Assembly (NCBI GenBank): GCA_013152275.1
Contig: JAADGS010000099.1
Coordinates: 1 to 52,946 of the forward strand
From: Actinomycetota bacterium
GTDB lineage: Bacteria > Actinomycetota > Acidimicrobiia > Spongiisociales > UBA4744
DNA length: 52,946 nt
Direction of reading: 5' to 3'
Under the pieces are notes generated by a model. The model had not been told where the DNA came from, did not search any database, and saw only the letters and a list, made by a program, of their open reading frames with translations. Shown in pieces: positions 38,216 through 47,723 of the stretch (its first letter is position 1; every line of letters begins with the position of its first letter). The position numbers and the translations under genes are program-made.

Positions 38216-39082
38216 TCAGTGAAGGTGCTCCGAGAGGAACCCGATGACCTCGCCGATCTGAGATCCGAACGACGCGAGGTCGCTGTGACCCGCACCCGGG
38301 ACGATCAGCACACGCCGTGTCGGCATTCGCTCGGCAAGTTCATACAGGTTGGCAATCGGGACGATCTCGTCGGCGTCGCCGTGCACGAGAAGCAATGGTG
38401 CCTGCACACGGCCGATGCGGTTGCGAGGGGCGATCTCATCGAAGTCGTAGCCGATGATGCGCTCGGTGGTATGCAGGGCGAAGTTGGCCAGAGGCCGGGG
38501 TAGCACATCGAACGGCTTCGAAGCTCCCATGAGCTCTCCGGGATGTGCGAACGCGGAGAGCGAGACCACTGCACCGAGATCGTCCCTCCGAGAAGCAGCA
38601 AGGATCGAGGCGCCGGCGCCCACCGAGTGACCGACGACGCCCACCGAGCTGACATCGTCGCGGGCGAGGAGCCAATCGACGGCAACGTCGAGGTCTTCGG
38701 CAAACCTCGGCATGGATGTGTGATCGTCGTGATCGCTCAGACCGTGATTCCGTGCATCCATGAACAGCGTGTGGAAGCCCGCCCGGTGCAGCGGCGGAGC
38801 GAACGGAAGCATCAATCCCGCATTGCCTCCCCATCCGTGGAGCACGACAACGGCCGGAGCGACACCCTGAGCCCGGATGAACCATGCGTGCAGCCGCTTG
38901 CCCCCGGGACCGTCGAGCCACACCTCCTCTTCGGGCAGGTCGAGATCCTTCGGAGTCTGCGGAATCGGACGCTGCGGCGGCCGAAACGCGAACTTCAGCG
39001 CTGCAGGGAACAGATAGACGAGCCCTGCACCGGCAAGCAGGGGCACCAGGAGCTTTCGTTTCATCGGGATGATGGTAGGCAT
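38216..39082 (-). CDS. Alpha/beta hydrolase
   Basis: LHGWG, GHSVG nucleophile elbow, HGDADEIVP, GAGH; the start may be 18 nt downstream. Confidence 0.9.
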   Translation of the reverse strand: MPTIIPMKRKLLVPLLAGAGLVYLFPAALKFAFRPPQRPIPQTPKDLDLPEEEVWLDGPGGKRLHAWFIRAQGVAPAVVVLHGWGGNAGLMLPFAPPLHRAGFHTLFMDARNHGLSDHDDHTSMPRFAEDLDVAVDWLLARDDVSSVGVVGHSVGAGASILAASRRDDLGAVVSLSAFAHPGELMGASKPFDVLPRPLANFALHTTERIIGYDFDEIAPRNRIGRVQAPLLLVHGDADEIVPIANLYELAERMPTRRVLIVPGAGHSDLASFGSQIGEVIGFLSEHLH

Positions 39083-39263
39083 GGTTCAGTCGGCAACCGT
39101 CGGAGGCGCACTCCGCATTTCGCGATTCTTCGGTCCGACGTCCGTATCTCTGTCGACCGCGCAGAGGCAAAGCGCGGAGACCGGGTAGGAGGCACGGAGT
39201 ACCCACCGTCATGCATCTCGAAAGGAATCCCGATCCGACGACGAGCCGATCGAGACGGGCGGC

Positions 39264-39620
39264 TCAGTCGGTACTGCTGCTGCAGCCGCAGGCGCCGGCC
39301 ACATTTGGGTTGTCGATCGCGAATCCCGTGTACATCGGGTCGCTGCCGTAGTCGAGGGTTGAGCCGCGAACGTGCTCGAGCGATTCGGGATCTATCACGA
39401 CCCTCACACCCTCGCGAAAGTTCTCAACGATGTCTCCTGGTGAAACCTGCGTGTCGAAGTACAACTCGTACGAGGAACCGGAACAGCCGCCTGGACGAAC
39501 TCCGATACGCAACAGGAGGGAAGGATCGTCCTCGGCCCGCACGAGCTCGTGCACCTTCGCAATCGCCGCATCCGTCAAGGTCACTGCCCGCCTCGTGGAC
39601 TCGCTCTCGAGAGACTGCAT
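39264..39620 (-). CDS. HesB/IscA/ErpA A-type Fe-S carrier
   Basis: PGGCSG and CGCSSS motifs. Confidence 0.92.
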   Translation of the reverse strand: MQSLESESTRRAVTLTDAAIAKVHELVRAEDDPSLLLRIGVRPGGCSGSSYELYFDTQVSPGDIVENFREGVRVVIDPESLEHVRGSTLDYGSDPMYTGFAIDNPNVAGACGCSSSTD

Positions 39621-39714
39621 CCGACCGCTCCTCCGCCTTCGATGGGCGACACCCTAGCTGATGTCGGCAGATGGCAACATCGATGTAGTGGACACTCGTA
39701 TCTACGATGTCCCC

Positions 39715-40854
39715 GTGACCGAGGACCGTATTCTGACCGCGCTGCGTGGCGTGCTCGACCCAGAGCTCGGCGGTAACATCGTCGACCTGGGGATGGTGCG
39801 GTCCGTCGATACCGCACCCGACGGGTCCGTCACCATCGGTGTTGCCCTGACCGTCGCCACATGCCCGTTACGCGATCGAATCGAACAGGACGTGATCAGG
39901 AAGGTCTCCGCGCTCGAAGGGGTGACGGACGTCAAGGTGGAGACCCGCACGATGGACGCCGAGCAGCGTGCCCAACTCATGGCCGTTGCCCGGCAGCGAG
40001 CCCGCGACAATGCTCAGCCAACACACGTGAGCCCGCTGACCAGAGTGGTGGCGGTCGGCAGCGGCAAAGGGGGCGTCGGGAAGTCCTCGATCAGCGTCAA
40101 TCTGAGTTTCGCTCTCGCCGATCTCGGCCACCGTGTCGGCCTTCTCGATGCCGACATCTGGGGATTCTCGATTCCGAGACTCGTCGGAACGCAAACTCGG
40201 CTTTCGGCGGGAGAAGACCGCCTCATCGTTCCGGTGGACGTCTCGGGCATTCAGGTGGTCTCCACCGGACTGATCGTCGAGGCCGAAGACACGGCCCTCA
40301 TGTGGAGAGGGCTCATGCTCTCGAAGGCGCTCGAGCAGTTCCTCAACCAGGTCGCCTGGTCGGACGACCTCGACTACCTCATCATCGACCTTCCACCGGG
40401 CACGGGGGACGTGCAGATGGCACTCTCGCGCATGCTCCCCCAGGCGGAGCTCGTCGTCGTCACAACCCCACAGATCGCCGCCCAGAAGGTTGCAGCGCGC
40501 GCAGCCAACATGGCCCGGCGGTCGTTCCTCCCGCTGCTCGGCGTGATCGAGAACATGGCAGGCTTCACCTGCGAACACGGAACCACCTATGACCTGTTCG
40601 GCCAAGGTGGCGGCCAGAGCCTGGCAGATGACCTCGGTGTGCCACTCATCGGGCAGATACCCCTCGACCCGCTGGTCGTCGCCGATGGCGATGCCGGTTC
40701 ACCGACCGTTCGCGCCCACCCCGGGTCGCCCACGGCGGAAGCGTTTCGCGATGCCGCAATGCGGCTCGCCGAGGCCTTGCCACCGGCCGGGGATGAAACC
40801 TGCACCGGTCGAATCGCCCGCATTCTCGAGGAACTCCAAGACCCCACAGACTGA
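39715..40854 (+). CDS. mrp: Mrp/ApbC Fe-S carrier ATPase with N-terminal DUF59 domain
   Basis: DPELGGNIVDLG, GKGGVGKSS, DLPPGTGD, IENM; GTG start chosen from TACGAT 6 nt upstream. Confidence 0.92.
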   Translation: MTEDRILTALRGVLDPELGGNIVDLGMVRSVDTAPDGSVTIGVALTVATCPLRDRIEQDVIRKVSALEGVTDVKVETRTMDAEQRAQLMAVARQRARDNAQPTHVSPLTRVVAVGSGKGGVGKSSISVNLSFALADLGHRVGLLDADIWGFSIPRLVGTQTRLSAGEDRLIVPVDVSGIQVVSTGLIVEAEDTALMWRGLMLSKALEQFLNQVAWSDDLDYLIIDLPPGTGDVQMALSRMLPQAELVVVTTPQIAAQKVAARAANMARRSFLPLLGVIENMAGFTCEHGTTYDLFGQGGGQSLADDLGVPLIGQIPLDPLVVADGDAGSPTVRAHPGSPTAEAFRDAAMRLAEALPPAGDETCTGRIARILEELQDPTD

Positions 40855-40994
40855 CGCCTGCTGGGGCGAAACAAAGGACTAGTCACTGCGAGGGAAGTCA
40901 CAACAGACCCCAGGTCGCGAGGATCGATGGTCGATACTTGAGACAGAACGTGCCTGAACCGCTGGGAGGCGCACCGCACGAGCGCTGGGAGCAT

Positions 40995-41024
40995 GAGGGC
41001 CGGCAATGCCGGCCCTCTTTTTCT
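40995..41024 (+). terminator. Intrinsic terminator
   Basis: GAGGGCCGGCA-A-TGCCGGCCCTC followed by TTTTTCT. Confidence 0.8.
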
Positions 41025-41037
41025 TATCCACCTTCTC

Positions 41038-42204
41038 TTATCCGCACAGGCCCTTCACCAACGGGTACGGGTCGACTGCGTCGCCGTGATCAGGATGAAA
41101 CTCGAAGTGGAGGTGCGGCAACCAGTCGGGAGCGTTTCCGGAGGAACCGACATAGCCGATGAGCTCGCCCGTCGCGACGATCTGCCCGACGCGGAGTCCA
41201 TCCGCCCAGGCCTGAAGGTGGGCGTAGTAATAGGAGTCGCCCGAGTCCGAGTGCAGCCAGATCGTGATTCCCCCAAGACCTCCCTCCTTGAGTTGATAGA
41301 TCGAACCGGACTCGATCGCCACGATGGGTGTCCATCGTTCGGCCATCATGTCCACTCCCTTATGAGTCCGGCCTCCCGAGCGGGCGGCACCCCACGTATC
41401 GCTGAACGCCGTGAAACCGTCGATCGGACACGCCTGAGTGACACCGGATGGCGGGACTGTGGTGGTCGTCGTGGTCGTCGTCGTAACGCCGGATGTCGTG
41501 GTCGTCGTCGTGGCGCCGGTCGTCGTGGTCGTTGTGGTAACTGTCGTCGTCGTGGCAGCTCGGCGGGCAGCCTCCTCGGCGGCCCTCCTCGCCGCTTCAG
41601 CCTGCCGGGCGGCCTCCTCGGCCGCTCGCCGGGCTTCCTCTTCGGCGCGCCGGGCCTTCAATGCCTCGTATGTCCTCTGGGCATCGGCGATCTTCTCGGA
41701 GAGATCGGCAGCGAGCGCCTGCATGTCCTGGGTGATCGCGACCTGGTCTTGACGAGCGACCTCGAGATCGGAGAGCCGGCGTTCGTACACGCCCTTGAGG
41801 ATGCCCAGATCATTGACGAGACGCTGATCTGCCGATGCAGCCTCCTCGAGGTATCCGTATTCGGGACTCACACCGCCGTCCAACACCATCAGCGCGAACA
41901 TGTCCGATCCGCGTGCATTCATGTACATCTGCACTGCCCGATCCTGGACCTTGCGTGTCGCGAGGTTCACTTCGACTCGTGAACTCGCCACCATCTGCTC
42001 CAAGGATGCGACCTGATCCTCCAACTCCGAGGACTTTGCCCATGCGTCCCCGTACTGGACGGCGAGCACATCGGCCTCTCGCCTCAATTGGTCGAGTTGG
42101 CGAGCGGCTCTATCGAGATCTTCCTGGTTGACTTCGGCGAGCGCCGGTGCCGCGAGCGCCACGACGAGGATCACAGCCGCTGCAATTCGGAGTCGGTGCC
42201 TCAT
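41038..42204 (-). CDS. Secreted coiled-coil M23 family peptidase
   Basis: Signal peptide, coiled coil, Thr-rich linker, HKGVD, YYAHL, HLHFE. Confidence 0.92.
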   Translation of the reverse strand: MRHRLRIAAAVILVVALAAPALAEVNQEDLDRAARQLDQLRREADVLAVQYGDAWAKSSELEDQVASLEQMVASSRVEVNLATRKVQDRAVQMYMNARGSDMFALMVLDGGVSPEYGYLEEAASADQRLVNDLGILKGVYERRLSDLEVARQDQVAITQDMQALAADLSEKIADAQRTYEALKARRAEEEARRAAEEAARQAEAARRAAEEAARRAATTTTVTTTTTTTGATTTTTTSGVTTTTTTTTTVPPSGVTQACPIDGFTAFSDTWGAARSGGRTHKGVDMMAERWTPIVAIESGSIYQLKEGGLGGITIWLHSDSGDSYYYAHLQAWADGLRVGQIVATGELIGYVGSSGNAPDWLPHLHFEFHPDHGDAVDPYPLVKGLCG

Positions 42205-42965
42205 CGTGGTCTCACCGCATCCGCCTCGGCATCGAACCGCACCCTCCGATCCTCGTCGAGTTTGGCAAGATGAGCCCGCACCGCAACCGCCGCAAGAGCG
42301 TGGAGCTGCGGGTCGACCTGCGCGTAGATGTCTTCCACAATGGCCGCGACAGATGTTGCTCCCGATTGCACCGCCGCGAGGATCTGGCCCTCTCGCTCCA
42401 GACGATGCGACAGATAGTCTGCAATGACCACCTGGGGGTCATGCATCGGTGGGCCGTGTCCCGGATACAACGTGCGCAGTGACAGTTCCTGCAACCTACG
42501 TAGCGATGTCATGTAGGCGCCTACGTCTTCGACGAACACCGAAGATCCGCCCATGATGTGATCCCCGGTGAAGAGCTCCTCACCGACCAGGTAACACAGA
42601 TGGTCCCCGCTGTGTCCGGGTGTGGCCACGACACGCAACTCGGTACTCCCGAACGGAACGACGTCGTTATCGGACAGTGTACGGTCCGGCTTGAATCCGG
42701 GACCTGGTCCGAAGCCCGCGGCCGGTACGTCCAAGTGCCTCGCAAGCGAGTTGGCGAGCGGCGCGTGGTCGGAGTGCGTGTGGGTAACCAACACCATCAC
42801 CGGTGTACGGTCTCCGAGCGCCTCGAGGATCGCCGAACGATGCTGCCCATCGATAGGGCCGGGATCGATCACGAGCACATCGGCCCCAGAGCCGACCACG
42901 TAGGTGTTGGTGCCTTCGCCCGTGTAGGGGCCGGGATTCGGAGCGAGAACACGCCGGACGTTCAT
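42201..42965 (-). CDS. Metallo-beta-lactamase fold hydrolase (LACTB2-like)
   Basis: THTHSDH, TPGHSGDH, FTGDH, PGHG. Confidence 0.92.
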   Translation of the reverse strand: MNVRRVLAPNPGPYTGEGTNTYVVGSGADVLVIDPGPIDGQHRSAILEALGDRTPVMVLVTHTHSDHAPLANSLARHLDVPAAGFGPGPGFKPDRTLSDNDVVPFGSTELRVVATPGHSGDHLCYLVGEELFTGDHIMGGSSVFVEDVGAYMTSLRRLQELSLRTLYPGHGPPMHDPQVVIADYLSHRLEREGQILAAVQSGATSVAAIVEDIYAQVDPQLHALAAVAVRAHLAKLDEDRRVRFDAEADAVRPR

Positions 42966-43687
42966 TCACCTGCCTCCTCGTATCCGGAGTCGCCCGGCAT
43001 GAGAAGCCGGAAGAACCCCTCGCGCACCACGATGCGAGGTTCGATCCGCGGCACGACAGCCTGACCTTGGGCAAAGGCCAGCACCGCCCCCGGATCCTCG
43101 AAAGTGCTCAGCAGCCTCAGGGTTGCCACCGTCGGGGGAACGAGGGTCCACCCACGCTCCCTGGAATAGGTGAGGGCGTCACGGGGGGTCACCCAGACCG
43201 CCTCGGTCACTTCCGCCGCGTCCGGCACGGCCTCGAGACCGGCCGGCGCGTCGGTCACGAAGAACCGGGTATCGAACCGACGGGGCTCTCCCTTCGGCGT
43301 CACCCAGTTCGACAGGTAGGCGAACCGTCTCGCGTCGAATACATAGCCGTCATCGTCGAGCATTCCGAGAAGACGTGATCCTTTGGCACCTTTCGGGACG
43401 GTGGGCTGTCCGGGACCCGCCGGGATGACCACGCCGGCCTCCTCTGCAGTCTCCCTGACGCCGGCCGACAGCCACGGCGAGAGCGCACCATCGCCGAAGA
43501 TCCGACGCGCCGTTTCGCTGCGGTCCGCCGCATCGACGGCACCTCCCGGAAACACGTAGGCACCACCGACGAACGCAGAGGAGGCTGCTCTCCGCACCAT
43601 CAGAACTTCCAACCCCCGGGTGCCCGGACGGAGCACACAGACCGTCGATGCTTCCCGAATCGGTTGATCGGCATAGGGAAGGTCCAT
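42962..43687 (-). CDS. NUDIX hydrolase (Nudt19-like)
   Basis: FPGGAVD...GVRETAEEAG, WVTP...RRFDTRFF. Confidence 0.9.
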   Translation of the reverse strand: MDLPYADQPIREASTVCVLRPGTRGLEVLMVRRAASSAFVGGAYVFPGGAVDAADRSETARRIFGDGALSPWLSAGVRETAEEAGVVIPAGPGQPTVPKGAKGSRLLGMLDDDGYVFDARRFAYLSNWVTPKGEPRRFDTRFFVTDAPAGLEAVPDAAEVTEAVWVTPRDALTYSRERGWTLVPPTVATLRLLSTFEDPGAVLAFAQGQAVVPRIEPRIVVREGFFRLLMPGDSGYEEAGE

Positions 43688-43705
43688 GTATCAAGATTAG
43701 GCACC

Positions 43706-43756
43706 CGTTCTCGTGACGTCTCGCGGGGATAAACCCGGTCAAACGTCACGAGAACG
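43706..43756. repeat. 51-bp palindromic dispersed element, copy 3
   Basis: CGTTCTCGTGACG-n25-CGTCACGAGAACG with inner GGG-ATAAA-CCC. Confidence 0.85.
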
Positions 43757-43772
43757 TGAGTACCCTTTCCCA

Positions 43773-45119
43773 ATGGCGCTGCGCGATCTTCCCTCCGTCG
43801 ACACGCTCGTTCGATCTCTCGAAGCCGAGGGACTTCCCCGGCTTCTCGTCGTGGACGCCGTCCGAGCCGCCATCGACGAGGCGCGGGAGATCACGGCCGC
43901 AGGCGGGACCGCCGACCCGCGCCAGAAGGCCCGTGCCGCACTCCAGACGCTCCGCTCCCTTCGCCACCGTCCCGTACTGAATGCAACGGGAGTCCTCCTG
44001 CACACGAACCTTGGGAGGGCGCCGCTCCATCCCGCGGCCGCCGACGCCGCCCGGGCGGTGGCAACCTCCTACGGGAACCTCGAATTCGACCTGGACAAGG
44101 CGAAACGGGGAGGCAGAGCCGGATACGTGCACGCCCTTGTTTGTGCACTTGTCGGAGCGCAAGCCGCTCTCGTCGTCAATAACAATGCCGGCGCGCTGCT
44201 CCTGGCTCTTGGTGCTTTGGGCCGTCGCCATCCGGTGGCCATCTCACGAGGCGAGCTGATCGAGATCGGTGGGTCGTATCGACTCCCCGAACTCATGATG
44301 GCTTCTGGAGCACGCATGTTCGAGATCGGAACGACGAATCGAACTCGTCTTGCAGATTATGAGCAGGCTCTCGATGACGGCGCCGGGATGATCCTGAAGG
44401 TTCATCCGTCCAACTACCGGGTCGTCGGTTTCGCCGACTCGGCACCCCTCGACGATCTTGTCGCTCTGGCGCACCGGAGAAACGTCCCTCTGGTCTATGA
44501 CGTCGGTAGTGGCCTGCTCGACGAGAGCGCCCCGTGGCTCGATGGTCCGCCACCCCGCTGGCTCCGTGACGAACCGGGCATTCGACAGGTCCTCGATGCG
44601 GGAGCGGATCTGGTGACGTTCTCAGGTGACAAGCTCCTCGGAGGGCCCCAGGCCGGAATCATCACCGGGACGGCGCACCTGATCTCCGAACTGGCACACC
44701 ACCCGATGGCGCGCGCTCTGCGCATTCCCGGTCCGACGATCGCGGCGCTGACGGTGACGCTCGAGATGTACGCCGATGGGAGAGGTTCGGAGATCCCGTT
44801 CTGGGCAATGGCATCGGCTTCCTACGAGTCTCTGGAGCGTCGAAGCAAAGCCGTGCTCGACGCATCGCGCGTCAAGGCAGACGTCGTCCCCGGAGCATCG
44901 GTGCCGGGCGCCGGCTCCGTTCCCGGTGCAGAAGTTCCCTCTCCACTCATCAAGATCGGCGAGCCAGGTGCGTCCGTCCTCTGGCCAAGGCTCCTTCGTG
45001 CCACTCCACCGATCATCACGCGGCGAGACGCGGGAAGACTCATACTCGACCTCCGAGCAGTCTCCCCCAAGGACGACGAACGCCTCGCCGCGGCCCTGGA
45101 ATCCGCATGCCGGTCATAG
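43773..45119 (+). CDS. selA: L-seryl-tRNA(Sec) selenium transferase
   Basis: VLNATGVLLHTNLGRAPL, VNNNAGA, SRGELIEIGGSYR, FSGDKLLGGPQAG. Confidence 0.96.
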   Translation: MALRDLPSVDTLVRSLEAEGLPRLLVVDAVRAAIDEAREITAAGGTADPRQKARAALQTLRSLRHRPVLNATGVLLHTNLGRAPLHPAAADAARAVATSYGNLEFDLDKAKRGGRAGYVHALVCALVGAQAALVVNNNAGALLLALGALGRRHPVAISRGELIEIGGSYRLPELMMASGARMFEIGTTNRTRLADYEQALDDGAGMILKVHPSNYRVVGFADSAPLDDLVALAHRRNVPLVYDVGSGLLDESAPWLDGPPPRWLRDEPGIRQVLDAGADLVTFSGDKLLGGPQAGIITGTAHLISELAHHPMARALRIPGPTIAALTVTLEMYADGRGSEIPFWAMASASYESLERRSKAVLDASRVKADVVPGASVPGAGSVPGAEVPSPLIKIGEPGASVLWPRLLRATPPIITRRDAGRLILDLRAVSPKDDERLAAALESACRS

Positions 45120-46897
45120 GAACCGCCGGACACGTCGATCACGGCAAGTCGACCCTCATCCAGGCGCTCACGGGCCGAGACCCGGACCGCTGGAAAGAAG
45201 AGAAACAGCGGGGCCTCACGATCGATCTCGGCTTCGCCTGGACCACACTTCCCAATGGGACAGAAGTCTCCTTCGTGGATGTTCCCGGCCACCAGCGTTT
45301 CATCAAGAACATGCTTTCGGGTATCGAGGCCATCGACGTCGCCCTTTTCGTCGTTGCCGCCGATGAAGGCTGGATGCCACAGTCCGAGGAACACCTGGCA
45401 GTTCTGGACCTCCTCGGCATCCGCTACGGCGTCATCGCGATCACCAAGACCGAAGGTGTCGACCCGGATCTCGTGACACTCGCCGGCCTGGAAGTCGAAG
45501 ATCGCCTCGAAGGGACGACTCTCGAGGGATCGACGATCGTCGCCGTCGACTCGCCCACGGGATTTGGGATCGACGCGCTCGAAGCCGCCTTGGTCGACGT
45601 GGTCGGGGCGGCAATGGAAGACTTTCATGATGCAGGGCGAGCGCGCATGTGGATCGATCGTGCGTTCACCATTGCCGGTTCCGGCACCGTGGTCACCGGT
45701 ACCCTGCTCGACGGCCCCCTCTCCGTCGACGACAAAGTCATGCTCTGGCCGGACCGAATCGGCGCTCGCATTCGCTCACTGCAGAGCCACGAACGCAGCC
45801 ACACCACCGTCCAGCCTCACACCAGGACTGCAGCCAACCTCGCCGGCATCGATCATCACGACGTCTCACGCGGCGCCATGCTCGGTGCCCCCGATGCATG
45901 GTCGACGACAAGGCGCTTTCTCGCCTCGATCGACACTGCCCGCTATGTCGAAGAACCCCTCACGGCCAAGGGAGCGTTCCATCTGCATCTTGGCAGCGGA
46001 GCGAGACCCGTTCGCGTCCGACCCCTCGCCGGCAGCGGGATCCTGGGCTCGTCGTATGCACTCCTGTCGATAGATGAACCCGTTGCAGTCAAGATGGGGG
46101 ATCGATTCATCATCCGAGAGGTCGGACGCAGACAGGTCGTCGCCGGTGGGCGGGTCCTCGATCCAGAACCCGCCGGCCGAGGCCGAGGCGCGTCAGTGGC
46201 CGGGCCCGCTTTGTCCACCGTCCTCGATCGTTCCCCGGCAGAGATGGCCACCGCCCTGTTGCAGGTGCGGGGCTCCGACGAGATCGAGCAAATCGCACGC
46301 CACACCGGAGGCGGCACACCCACCGGCCTGCTGGCCGGCGGACTGGCGATCTCCAACGACACCGCACGCGACCTGATCGGCCGAATCTCACACGAGGTAC
46401 AGACCTTTCATGATGAGAACCCGCTCCGGCCCGGGTTGCCCAAAGCCGACCTTGCCGGCCGTATCGGGGTCTCGGTATCGATCCTCGACGCGCTCATCAC
46501 TCGTTCCCCCGACGTGCGAGATGAAGGCCCGGTCGTCGCTGCAACCACATTCTCACCTGCCTTGGGACCCGCGGAGAACGCCGCTCGCACAGCGGTGATC
46601 GCCACTCTGGAAAGAGCCGGCCTGACCGTGCCACGAGTTCAAGACCTCGGGATCGATCAGGAACTGCTTCATGCGCTCCTACGAAGAGGAGACCTCATCC
46701 AGGTATCCGAAGATCTCGTTTTCCTGCCGGCACACATCGAGACGATCAGATCGAGCTTGAGCGATCTTCCCAATCCTTTCACCGTCGCCGACTTCAGAGA
46801 CCATCTCGGGATTTCACGCAAATACGCGGTGCCCCTCCTCGAATGGCTCGATGCCGCCGCGACGACCAGGCGCAGCGGGAACCTTCGCAGCTATTGA
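45107..46897 (+). CDS. selB: Selenocysteine-specific elongation factor
   Basis: GTAGHVDHGKS, RGLTIDLGFA, DVPGH, C-terminal SRKYAVPLLEWLD. Confidence 0.96.
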   Translation: MPVIGTAGHVDHGKSTLIQALTGRDPDRWKEEKQRGLTIDLGFAWTTLPNGTEVSFVDVPGHQRFIKNMLSGIEAIDVALFVVAADEGWMPQSEEHLAVLDLLGIRYGVIAITKTEGVDPDLVTLAGLEVEDRLEGTTLEGSTIVAVDSPTGFGIDALEAALVDVVGAAMEDFHDAGRARMWIDRAFTIAGSGTVVTGTLLDGPLSVDDKVMLWPDRIGARIRSLQSHERSHTTVQPHTRTAANLAGIDHHDVSRGAMLGAPDAWSTTRRFLASIDTARYVEEPLTAKGAFHLHLGSGARPVRVRPLAGSGILGSSYALLSIDEPVAVKMGDRFIIREVGRRQVVAGGRVLDPEPAGRGRGASVAGPALSTVLDRSPAEMATALLQVRGSDEIEQIARHTGGGTPTGLLAGGLAISNDTARDLIGRISHEVQTFHDENPLRPGLPKADLAGRIGVSVSILDALITRSPDVRDEGPVVAATTFSPALGPAENAARTAVIATLERAGLTVPRVQDLGIDQELLHALLRRGDLIQVSEDLVFLPAHIETIRSSLSDLPNPFTVADFRDHLGISRKYAVPLLEWLDAAATTRRSGNLRSY

Positions 46898-46916
46898 GAT
46901 TCGGCGGTCGGACCTG

Positions 46917-47174
46917 TCAGACCGAACGGAGCACGAACTCGCGGCGCTCACCCTCGGTGAGGCCTCCCCATATCCCGTACGGCTCCTTGATGTCCAATGC
47001 CGCACGCAGACACTCTTCTCTCACGGGACAGACCTTGCAGATCGCTCTCGCTCGTGCTTCTCGACGTTCTCGTTCATCCTTGCGTTCGAAGGCACTCGGC
47101 GGAAAGAACAAATGCGAATGGTTGCCACAGCACAGCGCGCGGGGCTGCCAAACATCACGAGAAGGTGCGAGCAC
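46917..47174 (-). CDS. WhiB family Fe-S transcription regulator (WhiB3/WhiD-like)
   Basis: WQPRALC...CKVCPVREEC...GIWGGLTEGER. Confidence 0.92.
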   Translation of the reverse strand: MLAPSRDVWQPRALCCGNHSHLFFPPSAFERKDERERREARARAICKVCPVREECLRAALDIKEPYGIWGGLTEGERREFVLRSV

Positions 47175-47335
47175 GAAATCCCTCCATGGTCGTTGAGCGT
47201 ACTGAACCTAGTACCTCGGCAAGGGTGCGGCCAGGAAGCATCTGCCAAATCAAGGAGGTTTTTCGCGCTCTTGATTCGGGACCAGGACCGCTTCTACGGA
47301 CGGTGGCCTTGCGACAACCGACTAAGGTTCTGACG

Positions 47336-47704
47336 ATGAAAGTGCTGGCCATCGCCGACGCTCCATGGGTTCGAAATGAGATTGCTGCAGCGGTAAGCAG
47401 TTCCGATCTCGAACTGATCGAGGAATCCGATCCTCGGTCGGCGGTCGCCGCCTGCGCGAGATCCGCTCCCGACATCGTCATCGTTGACCTTCAAGTGGGC
47501 AGCATGGGCGGCATGGCAATAACGAGGTCACTGCGAAGTGCCATCCTCTCCGGAGAAATCGAAGACACGACCATAGTGCTGCTGCTGGACAGAGAGGCCG
47601 ACACGTTCCTGGCCGGCCGGTCGGGCGCGGACGCCTGGCTGGTCAAACCGTTCACCACCCAACACCTGAGGGCACTCCTCGCCCCGGTTGCGGCAGGGGA
47701 GTGA
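47336..47704 (+). CDS. Single-domain response regulator receiver
   Basis: PDIVIVDLQ...G, GADAWLVKPF. Confidence 0.85.
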   Translation: MKVLAIADAPWVRNEIAAAVSSSDLELIEESDPRSAVAACARSAPDIVIVDLQVGSMGGMAITRSLRSAILSGEIEDTTIVLLLDREADTFLAGRSGADAWLVKPFTTQHLRALLAPVAAGE

Positions 47705-47723
47705 TCTCCCCGAATACCGGTGC

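Noticed and set aside
41455..41553. GTC/GTG-rich tandem repeats (also 27114-27190 and 32645-32700)
   Set aside because: They simply encode Thr-rich linkers of secreted or membrane proteins.
31386..43756. CRISPR array from the palindromic repeats, or from the 49175-49213 tandem repeats
   Set aside because: The copies are kilobases apart or have no spacers, and there are no cas genes.
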